Part shown: positions 44,732-56,626 of the stretch, one piece after another
Layout: the number at the start of each line of letters is the position of its first letter
How positions within the stretch are numbered: position 1 is the stretch's first letter
NCBI RefSeq assembly: GCF_003018235.1
Contig: NZ_CP027437.1
Strand: one strand, 5' to 3'
From: Escherichia coli
Lineage (GTDB): Bacteria > Pseudomonadota > Gammaproteobacteria > Enterobacterales > Enterobacteriaceae
DNA: 64,000 nt
Program-made: the position numbers and the translations under genes
Notes under the pieces: generated by a model
What the model was told of the DNA's origin: nothing
Seen by the model: only the letters and a program-made list of their open reading frames with translations
The model's database searches: none

Positions 44732-46093
44732 GTGGAAAAAGAAAATATCACCCTCGATCCGCGTTCTTCATTTACTCCATCTTCGTCGGCAGATATTCCC
44801 GTGCCACCAGATGGATTAGTTCAACGCAGTACCCGAATTAAACGCATTCAAACCACCGCCATGTTGTTATTATTTTTTGCGGCGGTAATCAATTATCTCG
44901 ACCGCAGTTCGCTGTCGGTAGCAAATTTAACGATTCGTGAAGAATTGGGATTAAGTGCCACCGAAATCGGCGCTTTGCTCTCCGTGTTTTCACTCGCTTA
45001 CGGGATTGCGCAACTTCCTTGCGGCCCACTATTGGATCGTAAAGGCCCACGCCTGATGCTGGGACTGGGGATGTTCTTCTGGTCACTGTTCCAGGCCATG
45101 TCTGGCATGGTGCACAGCTTTACGCAGTTCGTGTTGGTGCGTATCGGTATGGGGATTGGTGAAGCGCCGATGAACCCATGTGGCGTAAAAGTCATTAACG
45201 ACTGGTTCAACATCAAAGAGCGCGGACGCCCGATGGGCTTCTTCAACGCAGCTTCTACCATTGGCGTTGCCGTAAGCCCACCGATTCTGGCGGCGATGAT
45301 GCTGGTGATGGGCTGGCGTGGGATGTTTATTACCATTGGTGTGCTGGGGATTTTTCTCGCCATTGGCTGGTATATGCTCTATCGCAACCGCGAGCACGTA
45401 GAACTGACTGCCGTTGAACAAGCTTATCTCAATGCAGGTAGCGTCAATGCCCGCCGAGATCCGCTCAGTTTTGCCGAATGGCGCAGCCTGTTCCGTAACC
45501 GCACAATGTGGGGAATGATGCTCGGATTCAGTGGCATCAACTACACTGCGTGGCTGTATCTGGCCTGGCTTCCTGGTTACCTGCAAACAGCCTATAACCT
45601 GGATTTAAAAAGCACAGGGTTGATGGCGGCTATCCCTTTCCTGTTTGGGGCTGCCGGGATGCTGGTCAACGGTTACGTTACTGACTGGCTGGTCAAAGGG
45701 GGAATGGCTCCGATTAAAAGCCGTAAGATCTGCATTATTGCCGGGATGTTCTGTTCTGCCGCCTTTACGCTGGTCGTACCGCAAGCGACAACATCCATGA
45801 CGGCGGTTCTGCTGATTGGCATGGCACTGTTCTGTATTCACTTTGCCGGAACATCCTGCTGGGGCTTGATCCACGTCGCAGTTGCTTCTCGCATGACGGC
45901 GTCGGTGGGCAGTATCCAGAACTTTGCCAGCTTCATCTGCGCCTCTTTTGCGCCGATCATTACTGGTTTTATTGTTGATACCACCCACTCATTCCGTCTG
46001 GCACTAATCATCTGCGGTTGCGTCACCGCAGCGGGAGCACTGGCGTACATCTTCCTGGTTCGTCAGCCGATCAACGACCCGCGTAAAGATTAA
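44732..46093 (+). CDS. lgoT: L-galactonate:H+ symporter (MFS)
   Basis: 453 aa; 12-TM MFS. Confidence 0.85.
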   Translation: MEKENITLDPRSSFTPSSSADIPVPPDGLVQRSTRIKRIQTTAMLLLFFAAVINYLDRSSLSVANLTIREELGLSATEIGALLSVFSLAYGIAQLPCGPLLDRKGPRLMLGLGMFFWSLFQAMSGMVHSFTQFVLVRIGMGIGEAPMNPCGVKVINDWFNIKERGRPMGFFNAASTIGVAVSPPILAAMMLVMGWRGMFITIGVLGIFLAIGWYMLYRNREHVELTAVEQAYLNAGSVNARRDPLSFAEWRSLFRNRTMWGMMLGFSGINYTAWLYLAWLPGYLQTAYNLDLKSTGLMAAIPFLFGAAGMLVNGYVTDWLVKGGMAPIKSRKICIIAGMFCSAAFTLVVPQATTSMTAVLLIGMALFCIHFAGTSCWGLIHVAVASRMTASVGSIQNFASFICASFAPIITGFIVDTTHSFRLALIICGCVTAAGALAYIFLVRQPINDPRKD

Positions 46094-46141
46094 ACTCCCT
46101 ATGCCCGATAACATTTTGCTTATCGGGCATTTTTATGGCGA

Positions 46142-47806
46142 TTAAAACGTTTCCCAGTTCTCCCCGCTATCTGCCACTGCCATTTTACGCGGCGTAGCTG
46201 GCGTCACGTTTTTTACCACAGCCGATGTTTCACGCTGCTGTTGCTGCTGTTGCTGAATCCGGAACACTGCCACAGCTTCGGTCAGGCGACTGGCCTGCTC
46301 TTCCAGCGCGGCGGCGGCAGCGGCAGATTCTTCCACCAGCGCAGCGTTCTGTTGAGTTACCCGGTCCATCTCAGCAACCGCTAAGCCAACCTGATCGATA
46401 CCACGGCTCTGCTCATCAGAAGCAGAAGCAATTTCGCCCATAATGTCCGTCACGCGGGTCACAGCGCTGACAATCTCCGCCATTGTTTCCCCGGCGCTTT
46501 CGACCAGCGTAGAGCCAACATCCACTTTCCCCACCGAGTCTTCAATCAGGCTTTTAATTTCGCGAGCCGCCTGGGCGCTGCGCTGGGCCAGATTACGCAC
46601 TTCGCCCGCGACCACCGCAAAACCGCGCCCTTGCTCACCCGCACGCGCAGCCTCAACCGCCGCGTTCAAAGCCAGAATATTGGTCTGGAAGGCAATGCCG
46701 TCAATTACGCTGATAATATCGGCGATTTTCTGCGAACTGGTGGAGATATCGCGCATGGTCTGCACCACGTTATCCACCACTTTGCCGCCGCGTTGCGCCG
46801 TTTCGGAAGCACTTAACGCCAGGTGGCTGGCCTGACGCGCATTTTCGGCGTTCTGCTTCACCGTTGCGGTCAGTTGCTCCATGCTGGCTGCCGTCTCTTC
46901 CAGCGAAGCGGCCTGTTGCTCGGTGCGCGAAGAGAGATCGTTATTGCCGGTGGCGATTTCGCTGGCACCGCTATAGATGGCATTGGCCCCGTTGCGCACA
47001 TCACCGACGGTACGCATCAGCTCTCCCTGCATATGGCGCAAACTCTCTGCCAGTTGCCCCATCTCATTAGAGCCATCCACCTCAATCGGTTTCACCAGAT
47101 CGCCGCCTGCAATATGACGAATGCTGTCAATCAGGCGATTCATTGGCGCTACCAACGAGGCTTTAATACCGAACCAGACGGCGAAGATGACCGCCAGTAC
47201 GACGATCATCACGCCCACCAGGATCCACATCGCCTGGCTGTAGGAGGCATTATTATCGCTGACGGCGATATCATAGAGCCGATCGTTTTGCTCCATGTAA
47301 GCCACATACTGCTTCTCGAAACCGTCCTGATATCCCTGGGTCGGCTGATCAAAGAACTCGTTGATTTTGCCTGCACCTAACAGTTGGATCAGCTCCGCCA
47401 GCGCATTGTGATAAATATCGTAATTACGTTTGATCTCTGCCGCTGCGGCGGTGCTCTGACGCGGGTCACGCGGCAACGCTTCGTAATCCGCCCAGTTTTT
47501 TTCCGCCTGTTTCAGCGAAATACTGGCACTCTGCATCAGCTCAGCAACGGTTGAACCGCTACCAATATTATTCTGATCCATCATGTAGCGGATACCCGCG
47601 CGGTTGAGGGTGTTACGCGTCTGCAACAACGCGACCCAGCTGCCATTCAGCGTGGATTGCTGCTGGCGAATGGTTTGTAAAACAGTGAAATTTTCTTTGT
47701 CATTCTTTAAGGCATTAAAGAACAGACCGCCTGATGTCAGTTGTAAAAGGCCAAAAACGGCCAAAACCAGCAGTAAGCTGGTCACAATTTTGATACGTTT
47801 TAACAT
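46142..47806 (-). CDS. tsr: methyl-accepting chemotaxis protein I (serine sensor)
   Basis: 554 aa; HAMP, methylation helices, C-terminal NWETF pentapeptide. Confidence 0.95.
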   Translation of the reverse strand: MLKRIKIVTSLLLVLAVFGLLQLTSGGLFFNALKNDKENFTVLQTIRQQQSTLNGSWVALLQTRNTLNRAGIRYMMDQNNIGSGSTVAELMQSASISLKQAEKNWADYEALPRDPRQSTAAAAEIKRNYDIYHNALAELIQLLGAGKINEFFDQPTQGYQDGFEKQYVAYMEQNDRLYDIAVSDNNASYSQAMWILVGVMIVVLAVIFAVWFGIKASLVAPMNRLIDSIRHIAGGDLVKPIEVDGSNEMGQLAESLRHMQGELMRTVGDVRNGANAIYSGASEIATGNNDLSSRTEQQAASLEETAASMEQLTATVKQNAENARQASHLALSASETAQRGGKVVDNVVQTMRDISTSSQKIADIISVIDGIAFQTNILALNAAVEAARAGEQGRGFAVVAGEVRNLAQRSAQAAREIKSLIEDSVGKVDVGSTLVESAGETMAEIVSAVTRVTDIMGEIASASDEQSRGIDQVGLAVAEMDRVTQQNAALVEESAAAAAALEEQASRLTEAVAVFRIQQQQQQQRETSAVVKNVTPATPRKMAVADSGENWETF

Positions 47807-47924
47807 GTTTTCTCTTTCCTGTGGACCGATGCAAGATTTTCGGCCTGGAAAGGAAAAACTTTATGAAAAGGTGTAACCCGCCATCCATGGAAAAACCAGG
47901 CGCTGGTTATCAGATATTAAAAAG

Positions 47925-48371
47925 TTATTCATTATCGCCCGGGATGTCTTCTTGTCGGGAATTACCCAGAGCAATAAATTCCTCTAACAGATGGGTTAAC
48001 TGTTGCATTTTCTCGGCAGTAAACTGAGCTTCAATCTGCCGATAGGCCTCTTCAATCTGTGTCTGAGCGCGGTTATACAGCGCCTGCCCCTCTTTGGTCA
48101 GCGAGATATAGAGCTTCCGCTGATCATTGATCGGCTTTAATCGCAACACTAAACCGTCGCGTTCCATCCGCGTAAGGATCCCGGTCAGGCTTGGGCGCAA
48201 AATGCAGGCGCGATACGCCAGATCGTGAAAATCCATTGATGGGCTTTCCGCCAGAATACGCACGATGCGCCACTGTTGCTCAGTCAAATTATGCCGTTTA
48301 ACGATTGGGCGAAAATAACTCATCGCCGCTTCTCGCGCCTGGAGCAACGCAATGGTTAGAGAGTCGTGCAT
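47925..48371 (-). CDS. hpaR: MarR-family repressor of hpa meta-cleavage operon
   Basis: 148 aa from ATG 48371; divergent from hpaG. Confidence 0.8.
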   Translation of the reverse strand: MHDSLTIALLQAREAAMSYFRPIVKRHNLTEQQWRIVRILAESPSMDFHDLAYRACILRPSLTGILTRMERDGLVLRLKPINDQRKLYISLTKEGQALYNRAQTQIEEAYRQIEAQFTAEKMQQLTHLLEEFIALGNSRQEDIPGDNE

Positions 48372-48642
48372 TATCTTTCCCCTGAAAAATTCAAAATCAT
48401 TAATATAGAAACAGTTAATCATCACGTTACCGGGACTGCGCTGCCCCTGCAATTCTTCATTTTATCAAAATTGAGCATGTTTTGTTAACTTGCTGATATT
48501 TAATATTTTATTATCTTTAAATGTAAATGGTTTGTTAATTAGATCACATTTACATCACTTACTTTTGCCAAACTACGCAATCGGGAATAAAAGTAATCAT
48601 TAACATATTAATGATTAAGATGATCGAATCCGAGGAGTGGTA

Positions 48643-49932
48643 ATGAAAGGCACTATCTTCGCCGTAGCGTTGAACCATCGCAGCCAGCTTGATGCATGGC
48701 AGGAAGCGTTCCAGCAATCCCCCTACAAAACCCCGCCTAAAACTGCGGTCTGGTTTATTAAACCACGCAATACGGTGATTGGTTGCGGTGAACGGATTCC
48801 CTTTCCACAGGGTGAAAAGGTACTGAGCGGTGCGACTGTTGCGTTGATGGTGGGGAAAACGGCGACGAAAGTACGTGAAGAAGATGCGGCAGAGTACATC
48901 GCCGGATATGCGCTGGCTAACGACGTCAGCCTGCCGGAAGAGAGCTTTTACCGCCCGGCAATCAAAGCAAAATGTCGTGATGGATTCTGCCCCATTGGCG
49001 AAACCGTGGCTCTCAGCAATGTCGATAATCTGACTATCTATACCGAGATCAACGGGCGTCCTGCCGATCACTGGAATACCGCCGATTTACAACGTAACGC
49101 CGCACAGTTGCTGAGCGCCCTGAGCGAATTTGCCACGCTGAATCCAGGCGATGCCATTCTGCTCGGCACGCCACAGGCGCGCGTGGAAATACAGCCAGGC
49201 GATCGCGTGCGTGTTCTCGCAGAAGGTTTCCCGCCACTGGAAAATCCGGTAGTGGACGAACGTGAAGTGACCACGCGCAAGAGCTTCCCAACGCAGCCAC
49301 ACCCGCACGGCACGCTGTTTGCCCTCGGCCTGAACTACGCCGACCACGCCAGCGAACTGGAATTTAAGCCACCGGAAGAACCGCTGGTGTTCCTGAAAGC
49401 GCCGAATACCCTCACTGGCGATAACCAGACCTCCGTGCGCCCGAACAATATTGAATACATGCACTACGAAGCGGAGCTGGTGGTAGTTATTGGCAAGCAG
49501 GCGCGTAACGTCAGCGAAGCCGATGCCATGGATTATGTCGCGGGCTACACCGTGTGTAACGACTACGCCATTCGCGACTATCTGGAAAACTACTACCGCC
49601 CTAACCTGCGGGTAAAAAGCCGCGACGGACTGACGCCGATGCTTTCAACCATCGTGCCGAAAGAGGCGATCCCGGACCCGCATAATCTGACCCTTCGCAC
49701 CTTCGTCAACGGCGAGTTACGCCAGCAAGGCACCACCGCCGATCTGATCTTCAGCGTGCCCTTCCTGATCGCCTACTTAAGCGAATTTATGACCCTGAAT
49801 CCGGGCGACATGATCGCCACCGGCACACCAAAAGGCTTATCTGACGTGGTGCCTGGCGATGAAGTAGTGGTGGAAGTAGAAGGCGTGGGCCGCCTGGTGA
49901 ACCGAATTGTGAGTGAGGAAACAGCGAAATGA
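48643..49932 (+). CDS. hpaG: bifunctional isomerase/decarboxylase of the 4-hydroxyphenylacetate pathway (FAH family)
   Basis: 429 aa, duplicated FAH domains. Confidence 0.85.
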   Translation: MKGTIFAVALNHRSQLDAWQEAFQQSPYKTPPKTAVWFIKPRNTVIGCGERIPFPQGEKVLSGATVALMVGKTATKVREEDAAEYIAGYALANDVSLPEESFYRPAIKAKCRDGFCPIGETVALSNVDNLTIYTEINGRPADHWNTADLQRNAAQLLSALSEFATLNPGDAILLGTPQARVEIQPGDRVRVLAEGFPPLENPVVDEREVTTRKSFPTQPHPHGTLFALGLNYADHASELEFKPPEEPLVFLKAPNTLTGDNQTSVRPNNIEYMHYEAELVVVIGKQARNVSEADAMDYVAGYTVCNDYAIRDYLENYYRPNLRVKSRDGLTPMLSTIVPKEAIPDPHNLTLRTFVNGELRQQGTTADLIFSVPFLIAYLSEFMTLNPGDMIATGTPKGLSDVVPGDEVVVEVEGVGRLVNRIVSEETAK

Positions 49933-51395
49933 AAAAAGTAAATCATTGGATCAACGGCAAAAATGTTGCAGGTAACGACTACTTCCAGACCACCAATCCG
50001 GCAACGGGTGAAGTGCTGGCAGATGTGGCCTCCGGCGGTGAAGCGGAGATCAATCAGGCGGTAGCGGCAGCGAAAGAGGCGTTCCCGAAATGGGCCAATC
50101 TGCCGATGAAAGAGCGTGCGCGCCTGATGCGCCGTCTGGGCGATCTGATCGACCAGAACGTGCCTGAGATCGCCGCGATGGAAACCGCGGACACGGGCCT
50201 GCCGATCCATCAGACCAAAAATGTATTGATCCCACGCGCTTCTCACAACTTTGAATTTTTCGCGGAAGTCTGCCAGCAGATGAACGGCAAGACCTATCCG
50301 GTTGACGACAAGATGCTCAACTACACGCTGGTGCAACCGGTAGGCGTTTGTGCGCTGGTATCGCCGTGGAACGTGCCGTTTATGACCGCCACATGGAAGG
50401 TCGCGCCGTGTCTGGCGCTGGGCAATACCGCGGTGTTGAAAATGTCGGAACTCTCCCCGCTGACCGCTGACCGCCTGGGTGAGCTGGCGCTGGAAGCCGG
50501 TATTCCGGCGGGCGTGCTGAACGTGGTACAGGGCTACGGCGCAACCGCAGGCGATGCGCTGGTTCGTCATCATGACGTACGTGCCGTGTCGTTCACCGGC
50601 GGTACGGCCACCGGGCGCAACATCATGAAAAACGCCGGGCTGAAAAAATACTCCATGGAACTGGGCGGTAAATCGCCGGTGCTGATTTTTGAAGATGCCG
50701 ATATTGAACGCGCGCTGGACGCTGCCCTGTTCACCATCTTCTCGATCAACGGCGAGCGCTGCACCGCCGGTTCGCGCATCTTTATTCAGCAAAGCATCTA
50801 CCCGGAATTCGTTAAACGCTTTGCCGAACGCGCCAACCGTCTGCGCGTGGGCGATCCGAACGATCCGAATACCCAGGTTGGGGCGCTTATCAGCCAGCAA
50901 CACTGGGAAAAAGTCTCCGGCTATATTCGTCTCGGCATTGAAGAAGGCGCAACCCTGCTGGCGGGCGGTCCGGATAAACCGTCCGACCTGCCTGCGCACC
51001 TGAAAGGCGGCAACTTCCTGCGCCCAACGGTGCTGGCTGACGTTGATAACCGTATGCGCGTCGCCCAGGAAGAGATTTTCGGGCCGGTCGCCTGTCTGCT
51101 GCCGTTTAAAGACGAAGCTGAAGGTCTGCGCCTGGCAAATGACGTGGAGTATGGCCTCGCGTCGTACATCTGGACGCAGGATGTCAGCAAAGTGTTACGC
51201 CTGGCGCGTGGCATTGAAGCAGGCATGGTGTTCGTCAACACCCAGAACGTGCGCGACCTGCGCCAGCCGTTTGGCGGCGTAAAAGCCTCCGGCACCGGGC
51301 GTGAAGGCGGTGAGTACAGCTTCGAAGTGTTCGCGGAAATGAAGAACGTCTGCATTTCCATGGGCGAGCATCCAATTCCGAAATGGGGAGTCTGA
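49929..51395 (+). CDS. hpaE: 5-carboxymethyl-2-hydroxymuconate semialdehyde dehydrogenase
   Basis: 488 aa aldehyde dehydrogenase. Confidence 0.85.
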   Translation: MKKVNHWINGKNVAGNDYFQTTNPATGEVLADVASGGEAEINQAVAAAKEAFPKWANLPMKERARLMRRLGDLIDQNVPEIAAMETADTGLPIHQTKNVLIPRASHNFEFFAEVCQQMNGKTYPVDDKMLNYTLVQPVGVCALVSPWNVPFMTATWKVAPCLALGNTAVLKMSELSPLTADRLGELALEAGIPAGVLNVVQGYGATAGDALVRHHDVRAVSFTGGTATGRNIMKNAGLKKYSMELGGKSPVLIFEDADIERALDAALFTIFSINGERCTAGSRIFIQQSIYPEFVKRFAERANRLRVGDPNDPNTQVGALISQQHWEKVSGYIRLGIEEGATLLAGGPDKPSDLPAHLKGGNFLRPTVLADVDNRMRVAQEEIFGPVACLLPFKDEAEGLRLANDVEYGLASYIWTQDVSKVLRLARGIEAGMVFVNTQNVRDLRQPFGGVKASGTGREGGEYSFEVFAEMKNVCISMGEHPIPKWGV

Positions 51396-51396
51396 T

Positions 51397-52248
51397 ATGG
51401 GTAAGTTAGCGTTAGCCGCCAAAATCACGCACGTACCGTCGATGTATCTCTCTGAACTGCCAGGGAAAAACCACGGTTGCCGCCAGGGTGCGATCGACGG
51501 GCATAAAGAGATCAGCAAGCGTTGCCGGGAAATGGGCGTCGATACCATTATCGTTTTCGATACTCACTGGCTGGTCAACAGTGCTTATCACATCAACTGT
51601 GCAGACCATTTTGAAGGCGTCTACACCAGTAACGAGCTGCCGCATTTTATTCGTGACATGACCTACAACTACGAGGGCAACCCGGAGTTGGGGCAGCTTA
51701 TTGCCGATGAAGCGTTAAAACTCGGCGTGCGGGCAAAAGCGCACAATATTCCCAGCCTGAAACTGGAATACGGCACGCTGGTGCCAATGCGCTACATGAA
51801 TGAAGACAAGCACTTCAAAGTGGTCTCCATTTCGGCTTTCTGCACGGTTCACGATTTTGCCGACAGCCGCAAGCTTGGCGAAGCGATTTTGAAAGCAATC
51901 GAACAGTACGACGGCACCGTGGCGGTCCTTGCCAGCGGTTCGTTATCGCACCGCTTTATTGACGATCAGCGTGCAGAAGAAGGGATGAACAGCTACACCC
52001 GCGAGTTCGACCGCCAGATGGACGAGCGCGTGGTGAAGCTGTGGCGCGAAGGCCAGTTCAAAGAGTTCTGCAATATGCTGCCGGAGTACGCCGACTACTG
52101 CTACGGCGAAGGCAATATGCACGACACGGTGATGCTGCTGGGGATGCTCGGCTGGGATAAATACGACGGCAAGGTGGAGTTTATTACCGAGCTGTTCCCA
52201 AGCTCTGGCACCGGTCAGGTTAACGCTGTTTTCCCGCTTCCCGCGTAA
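51397..52248 (+). CDS. hpaD: 3,4-dihydroxyphenylacetate 2,3-dioxygenase (extradiol, LigB type)
   Basis: 283 aa. Confidence 0.85.
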   Translation: MGKLALAAKITHVPSMYLSELPGKNHGCRQGAIDGHKEISKRCREMGVDTIIVFDTHWLVNSAYHINCADHFEGVYTSNELPHFIRDMTYNYEGNPELGQLIADEALKLGVRAKAHNIPSLKLEYGTLVPMRYMNEDKHFKVVSISAFCTVHDFADSRKLGEAILKAIEQYDGTVAVLASGSLSHRFIDDQRAEEGMNSYTREFDRQMDERVVKLWREGQFKEFCNMLPEYADYCYGEGNMHDTVMLLGMLGWDKYDGKVEFITELFPSSGTGQVNAVFPLPA

Positions 52249-52257
52249 GGAACCACC

Positions 52258-52638
52258 ATGCCGCACTTTATCGTGGAATGTACTGAAAATATTCGTCAAG
52301 AAGCCCGCTTACCTGAGCTGTTTGCCAGTGTTAACACCGCACTGGCGGCGACGGGGATTTTTCCGCTTGGGGGAATACGTAGCCGGGCGCACTGGATCGA
52401 TACCTGGCAAATGGCTGATGGCAAGCACGATTACGCCTTTGTGCATATGACGCTAAAAATCGGCAGCGGGCGCAGTCTGGAAAGCCGTCAGGAAGTGGGC
52501 GAAATGCTGTTTGATCTGATTAAAACGCACTTCGCCTCACTGATGGAGAGCCGTTACCTGGCGCTTTCATTTGAGATTGCAGAGCTGCACCCGACGTTGA
52601 ATTTCAAACAGAACAACGTACACGCGTTGTTTAAATAA
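52258..52638 (+). CDS. hpaF: 5-carboxymethyl-2-hydroxymuconate isomerase
   Basis: 126 aa. Confidence 0.85.
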   Translation: MPHFIVECTENIRQEARLPELFASVNTALAATGIFPLGGIRSRAHWIDTWQMADGKHDYAFVHMTLKIGSGRSLESRQEVGEMLFDLIKTHFASLMESRYLALSFEIAELHPTLNFKQNNVHALFK

Positions 52639-52656
52639 ATTTGCACCAGCTTCCAG

Positions 52657-52686
52657 GCCGGATGATAAGGCGCAGCCGCATCCGGC
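52657..52686. repeat. REP element
   Basis: GCCGGATGATAAGGCGCAGCCGCATCCGGC. Confidence 0.6.
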
Positions 52687-52705
52687 AATGCCACAGGATA
52701 TCGCT

Positions 52706-53509
52706 ATGTTCGATAAACACACCCACACCCTGATCGCCCAGCGTCTGGATCAGGCAGAAAAACAGCGCGAACAGATCCGCGCGATCTCGCTGGATTACCC
52801 GGAGATCACCATCGAAGACGCTTACGCGGTACAGCGTGAATGGGTTCGACTGAAAATCGCCGAAGGTCGCACGCTGAAAGGCCACAAAATCGGCCTGACC
52901 TCGAAAGCGATGCAGGCCAGCTCACAAATCAGCGAGCCGGATTACGGTGCCCTGCTGGATGACATGTTCTTCCACGATGGCAGCGATATCCCGACTGATC
53001 GCTTTATCGTGCCGCGCATTGAAGTGGAGCTGGCTTTCGTGCTGGCAAAACCGCTGCGTGGGCCAAACTGCACGCTGTTCGACGTCTACAACGCCACGGA
53101 CTATGTGATCCCGGCGCTGGAGCTGATCGACGCTCGCTGCCACAACATCGATCCGGAAACCCAGCGCCCGCGTAAAGTGTTCGACACCATTTCTGATAAC
53201 GCCGCCAATGCCGGGGTGATCCTCGGTGGTCGTCCCATTAAGCCCGATGAGTTGGATCTGCGTTGGATCTCCGCCCTGATGTATCGCAATGGCGTGATTG
53301 AAGAAACTGGCGTCGCCGCTGGCGTGCTGAATCACCCGGCAAACGGCGTAGCCTGGCTGGCGAACAAACTCGCACCGTATGACGTACAACTGGAAGCCGG
53401 GCAAATCATTCTCGGCGGTTCGTTCACCCGCCCGGTTCCGGCGCGTAAGGGCGACACCTTCCACGTCGATTACGGCAACATGGGCTCCATTAGCTGCCGC
53501 TTTGTTTAA
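52706..53509 (+). CDS. hpaH: 2-oxo-hept-3-ene-1,7-dioate hydratase
   Basis: 267 aa. Confidence 0.85.
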   Translation: MFDKHTHTLIAQRLDQAEKQREQIRAISLDYPEITIEDAYAVQREWVRLKIAEGRTLKGHKIGLTSKAMQASSQISEPDYGALLDDMFFHDGSDIPTDRFIVPRIEVELAFVLAKPLRGPNCTLFDVYNATDYVIPALELIDARCHNIDPETQRPRKVFDTISDNAANAGVILGGRPIKPDELDLRWISALMYRNGVIEETGVAAGVLNHPANGVAWLANKLAPYDVQLEAGQIILGGSFTRPVPARKGDTFHVDYGNMGSISCRFV

Positions 53510-53519
53510 GGAGAGAACG

Positions 53520-54323
53520 ATGGAAAACAGTTTTAAAGCGGCGCTGAAAGCAGGCCGCCCGCAGATCGGATTATGGCTGGGGCTAAGTAGCAGCTACAGC
53601 GCAGAGTTACTAGCCGGAGCAGGATTCGACTGGTTATTGATCGACGGTGAGCACGCGCCGAATAACGTGCAAACCGTGCTCACCCAACTACAGGCGATTG
53701 CGCCCTACCCCAGCCAGCCGGTAGTACGTCCGTCGTGGAACGATCCAGTGCAAATCAAACAACTGCTGGACGTCGGCACACAAACCTTACTGGTGCCGAT
53801 GGTACAAAACGCCGACGAAGCCCGTGAAGCGGTACGCGCCACCCGTTATCCCCCCGCCGGTATTCGCGGTGTGGGCAGTGCGCTGGCTCGCGCCTCGCGC
53901 TGGAATCGCATTCCTGATTACCTGCAAAAAGCCAACGATCAAATGTGCGTGCTGGTGCAGATCGAAACGCGTGAGGCAATGAAGAAATTACCGCAGATTC
54001 TGGACGTGGAAGGGGTCGACGGCGTGTTTATCGGCCCGGCGGATCTGAGCGCCGATATGGGTTATGCCGGTAATCCACAGCACCCGGAAGTACAGGTCGC
54101 CATTGAGCAGGCGATCGTGCAGATCCGCGAAGCGGGCAAAGCGCCGGGGATCCTGATCGCCAATGAGCAACTGGCAAAACGCTATCTGGAACTGGGCGCG
54201 CTGTTTGTCGCCGTCGGCGTTGACACCACCCTGCTCGCCCGCGCCGCCGAAGCGTTGGCAGCACGGTTTGGTAATAGTTCTTCTATTTCGATGGCGAAGC
54301 AAAACAACAACTCTGTCTACTAA
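53520..54323 (+). CDS. hpaI: 4-hydroxy-2-oxo-heptane-1,7-dioate aldolase (HpcH/HpaI family)
   Basis: 267 aa from ATG 53520. Confidence 0.85.
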   Translation: MENSFKAALKAGRPQIGLWLGLSSSYSAELLAGAGFDWLLIDGEHAPNNVQTVLTQLQAIAPYPSQPVVRPSWNDPVQIKQLLDVGTQTLLVPMVQNADEAREAVRATRYPPAGIRGVGSALARASRWNRIPDYLQKANDQMCVLVQIETREAMKKLPQILDVEGVDGVFIGPADLSADMGYAGNPQHPEVQVAIEQAIVQIREAGKAPGILIANEQLAKRYLELGALFVAVGVDTTLLARAAEALAARFGNSSSISMAKQNNNSVY

Positions 54324-54344
54324 ACGTACGATGTGGAGCGCATC

Positions 54345-55700
54345 ATGACGACCTCTACCCTGCAATATAAAGATAATAAAACTGTTGAAATTGAACATCG
54401 TGTCATTAATAAATTATTTCGTCGCCTAATCATTTTTCTTTTTATTCTGTTTGTTTTTTCGTTTCTTGATCGCATCAATATAGGATTTGCCGGACTGACA
54501 ATGGGCAAGGATCTTGGCCTGACGTCCACAATGTTTGGCCTCGCCGCGACACTCTTTTATGTCACGTACGTCATGTGCGGGATCCCCAGTAATATGATGT
54601 TAGCGAAAATTGGCGCTCGTCGATGGATCGCTGGGATCATGGTGGTCTGGGGAGTTGCTTCCACCTGCACAATGTTTGCAACAAGCCCCGAAACACTCTA
54701 TCTACTGCGTATGCTGGTTGGTATTGCTGAGGCGGGTTTTTTACCTGGTATTTTGGTTTATCTGACCTGGTGGTTCCCGGCATATCATCGGGCCAGAGCC
54801 AATGCCTTATTTATGATAGCGATGCCAGTCACTATGATGCTGGGATCGATCCTTTCAGGCTACATTCTGGCCTTGGATGGACTGTGGAATCTAAAAGGCT
54901 GGCAATGGCTCTTTTTGCTGGAAGGTCTGCCATCGGTCATTCTTGGTGTCGTCACCTGGTTTTATCTCAACGACACACCAGACCAGGCGACCTGGCTTGA
55001 TGAAAACGAAAAACAGGCTTTAAAAACGATGATTCTCCGTGAACAAGAGAGTGCATTTGCCCATGCATCTGTTCCACGCTCAACCTTACGTGAAGTCCTG
55101 ACCCCAGCCATCATGCTATATACACTTGCTTATTTTTGCCTGACCAATACTCTGAGTGCGATTAATATCTGGACGCCGCAAATCCTACAGAGTTTCAATA
55201 CTGGCAGTAGCAACATCATGATTGGTTTGCTGGCGGCCATCCCCCAATTCTGCACAATTTTTGGCATGATCTGGTGGAGTCGTCGTTCCGACCGTCTTAA
55301 AGAACGCAAAAAGCATACGATTCTTCCCTACCTGTTTGCCGCTGCCGGATGGTTACTCGCTTCTGCGACTGATCACAGCCTCATTCAACTGAGCGGCATC
55401 ATTATGGCCTCAATGGGATCATTTACCGCAATGGCTATCTTTTGGACGACACCGGATCAAGTAATAAGCTTGCAATCGCGTGCCGTTGCGATGGCTGTCA
55501 TCAATGCTGTCGGTAATGTAGGTTCAGCAGTCAGTCCATTACTTATCGGTATTTTGAAAGATGCAACCGGCAGTTTTAGCTCAGGTTTGTGGTTTGTAGC
55601 AGGATTACTGGTACTGGGCGCGTTAGTCATGACCCGAATTCCTATGGGGAGTCGGGAACACTCTCTTTCATCTGAACTTATCGCACCAAAACCGCAATAA
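54345..55700 (+). CDS. hpaX: 4-hydroxyphenylacetate permease (MFS)
   Basis: about 451 aa. Confidence 0.8.
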   Translation: MTTSTLQYKDNKTVEIEHRVINKLFRRLIIFLFILFVFSFLDRINIGFAGLTMGKDLGLTSTMFGLAATLFYVTYVMCGIPSNMMLAKIGARRWIAGIMVVWGVASTCTMFATSPETLYLLRMLVGIAEAGFLPGILVYLTWWFPAYHRARANALFMIAMPVTMMLGSILSGYILALDGLWNLKGWQWLFLLEGLPSVILGVVTWFYLNDTPDQATWLDENEKQALKTMILREQESAFAHASVPRSTLREVLTPAIMLYTLAYFCLTNTLSAINIWTPQILQSFNTGSSNIMIGLLAAIPQFCTIFGMIWWSRRSDRLKERKKHTILPYLFAAAGWLLASATDHSLIQLSGIIMASMGSFTAMAIFWTTPDQVISLQSRAVAMAVINAVGNVGSAVSPLLIGILKDATGSFSSGLWFVAGLLVLGALVMTRIPMGSREHSLSSELIAPKPQ

Positions 55701-55709
55701 GGAGTCATG

Positions 55710-56600
55710 ATGTCCAGTGAAGCTATCTTTGAACATGGTTATGAAAATATTGATTTGGTCCGGGAATATGATGCCCGCTACGCTGGTGAAGATGTGCATT
55801 ATGAAACATTTGCCAGGTTAGCGAATTTCTTTGGACGCGATATGCGCCCTCACTGGCACGATAGATATTTTCAACTCCATTATCTGGTCACTGGACGCAT
55901 TACTTTACAGCTGGATGAGCACTTCTATTCTGTGCGCGCACCGCTTTTTGTACTAACACCACCATCGGTGCCACATACTTTCTTTACTGAGCCTGATAGC
56001 GACGGGCATGTTCTGACCGTACGTCAGGAGTTAATTTGGCCCCTGGTAGAAAAGCTCTGGCCTGGTAGTGGAGATGCCGCAATGCTACAAGGTATCTGTC
56101 TATCGCTGGAGGGAATGGAACATACACTGGCGGCATTAAATCATTATTGGCCGATAATATCCCTGGAGTTTCAACAAAATAAGCCAGGACGGGAAATTCT
56201 ATTGCAATCACTGGCGCAAAGTATTTTTACAATCCTACTGCGTGAAGCACCACCAAATGATATTTCAACATGCAGCGTGCGCGGCGAGATGTGTTTATTC
56301 CAGAAGTTTAATCGGCTGATTGACGAAAATTATCGCCAACATTTAATGGTCCCTGAATATGCAGCAATGCTCGGTATGAGTGAATCACGGCTTACCGAGC
56401 TGTGCCGACGTTTTGCCAATCAATCGCCGAAGAGATTGATTTTCGAACGAGTGAGCCGGGAAGCCAGACGGCTTCTGCTCTATAGCGAGCAAAGCATCAA
56501 CCAGATTGCCCTTGATCTTGGCTACAAAGATCCCGCCTATTTCGCCCGTTTTTTCAACCGAATGATGGGTTGCTCACCAACACAATTCCGTGGTCGCTGA
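55710..56600 (+). CDS. hpaA: AraC-family activator of hpaBC
   Basis: C-terminal AraC HTH; start 55707 or 55710. Confidence 0.8.
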   Translation: MSSEAIFEHGYENIDLVREYDARYAGEDVHYETFARLANFFGRDMRPHWHDRYFQLHYLVTGRITLQLDEHFYSVRAPLFVLTPPSVPHTFFTEPDSDGHVLTVRQELIWPLVEKLWPGSGDAAMLQGICLSLEGMEHTLAALNHYWPIISLEFQQNKPGREILLQSLAQSIFTILLREAPPNDISTCSVRGEMCLFQKFNRLIDENYRQHLMVPEYAAMLGMSESRLTELCRRFANQSPKRLIFERVSREARRLLLYSEQSINQIALDLGYKDPAYFARFFNRMMGCSPTQFRGR

Positions 56601-56626
56601 CCATTTATCAACCTGAGAGACTCGAC

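Noticed and set aside
49773-50999. 408-aa minus-strand ORF
   Set aside because: Antisense to hpaG/hpaE; same spurious-ORF character.
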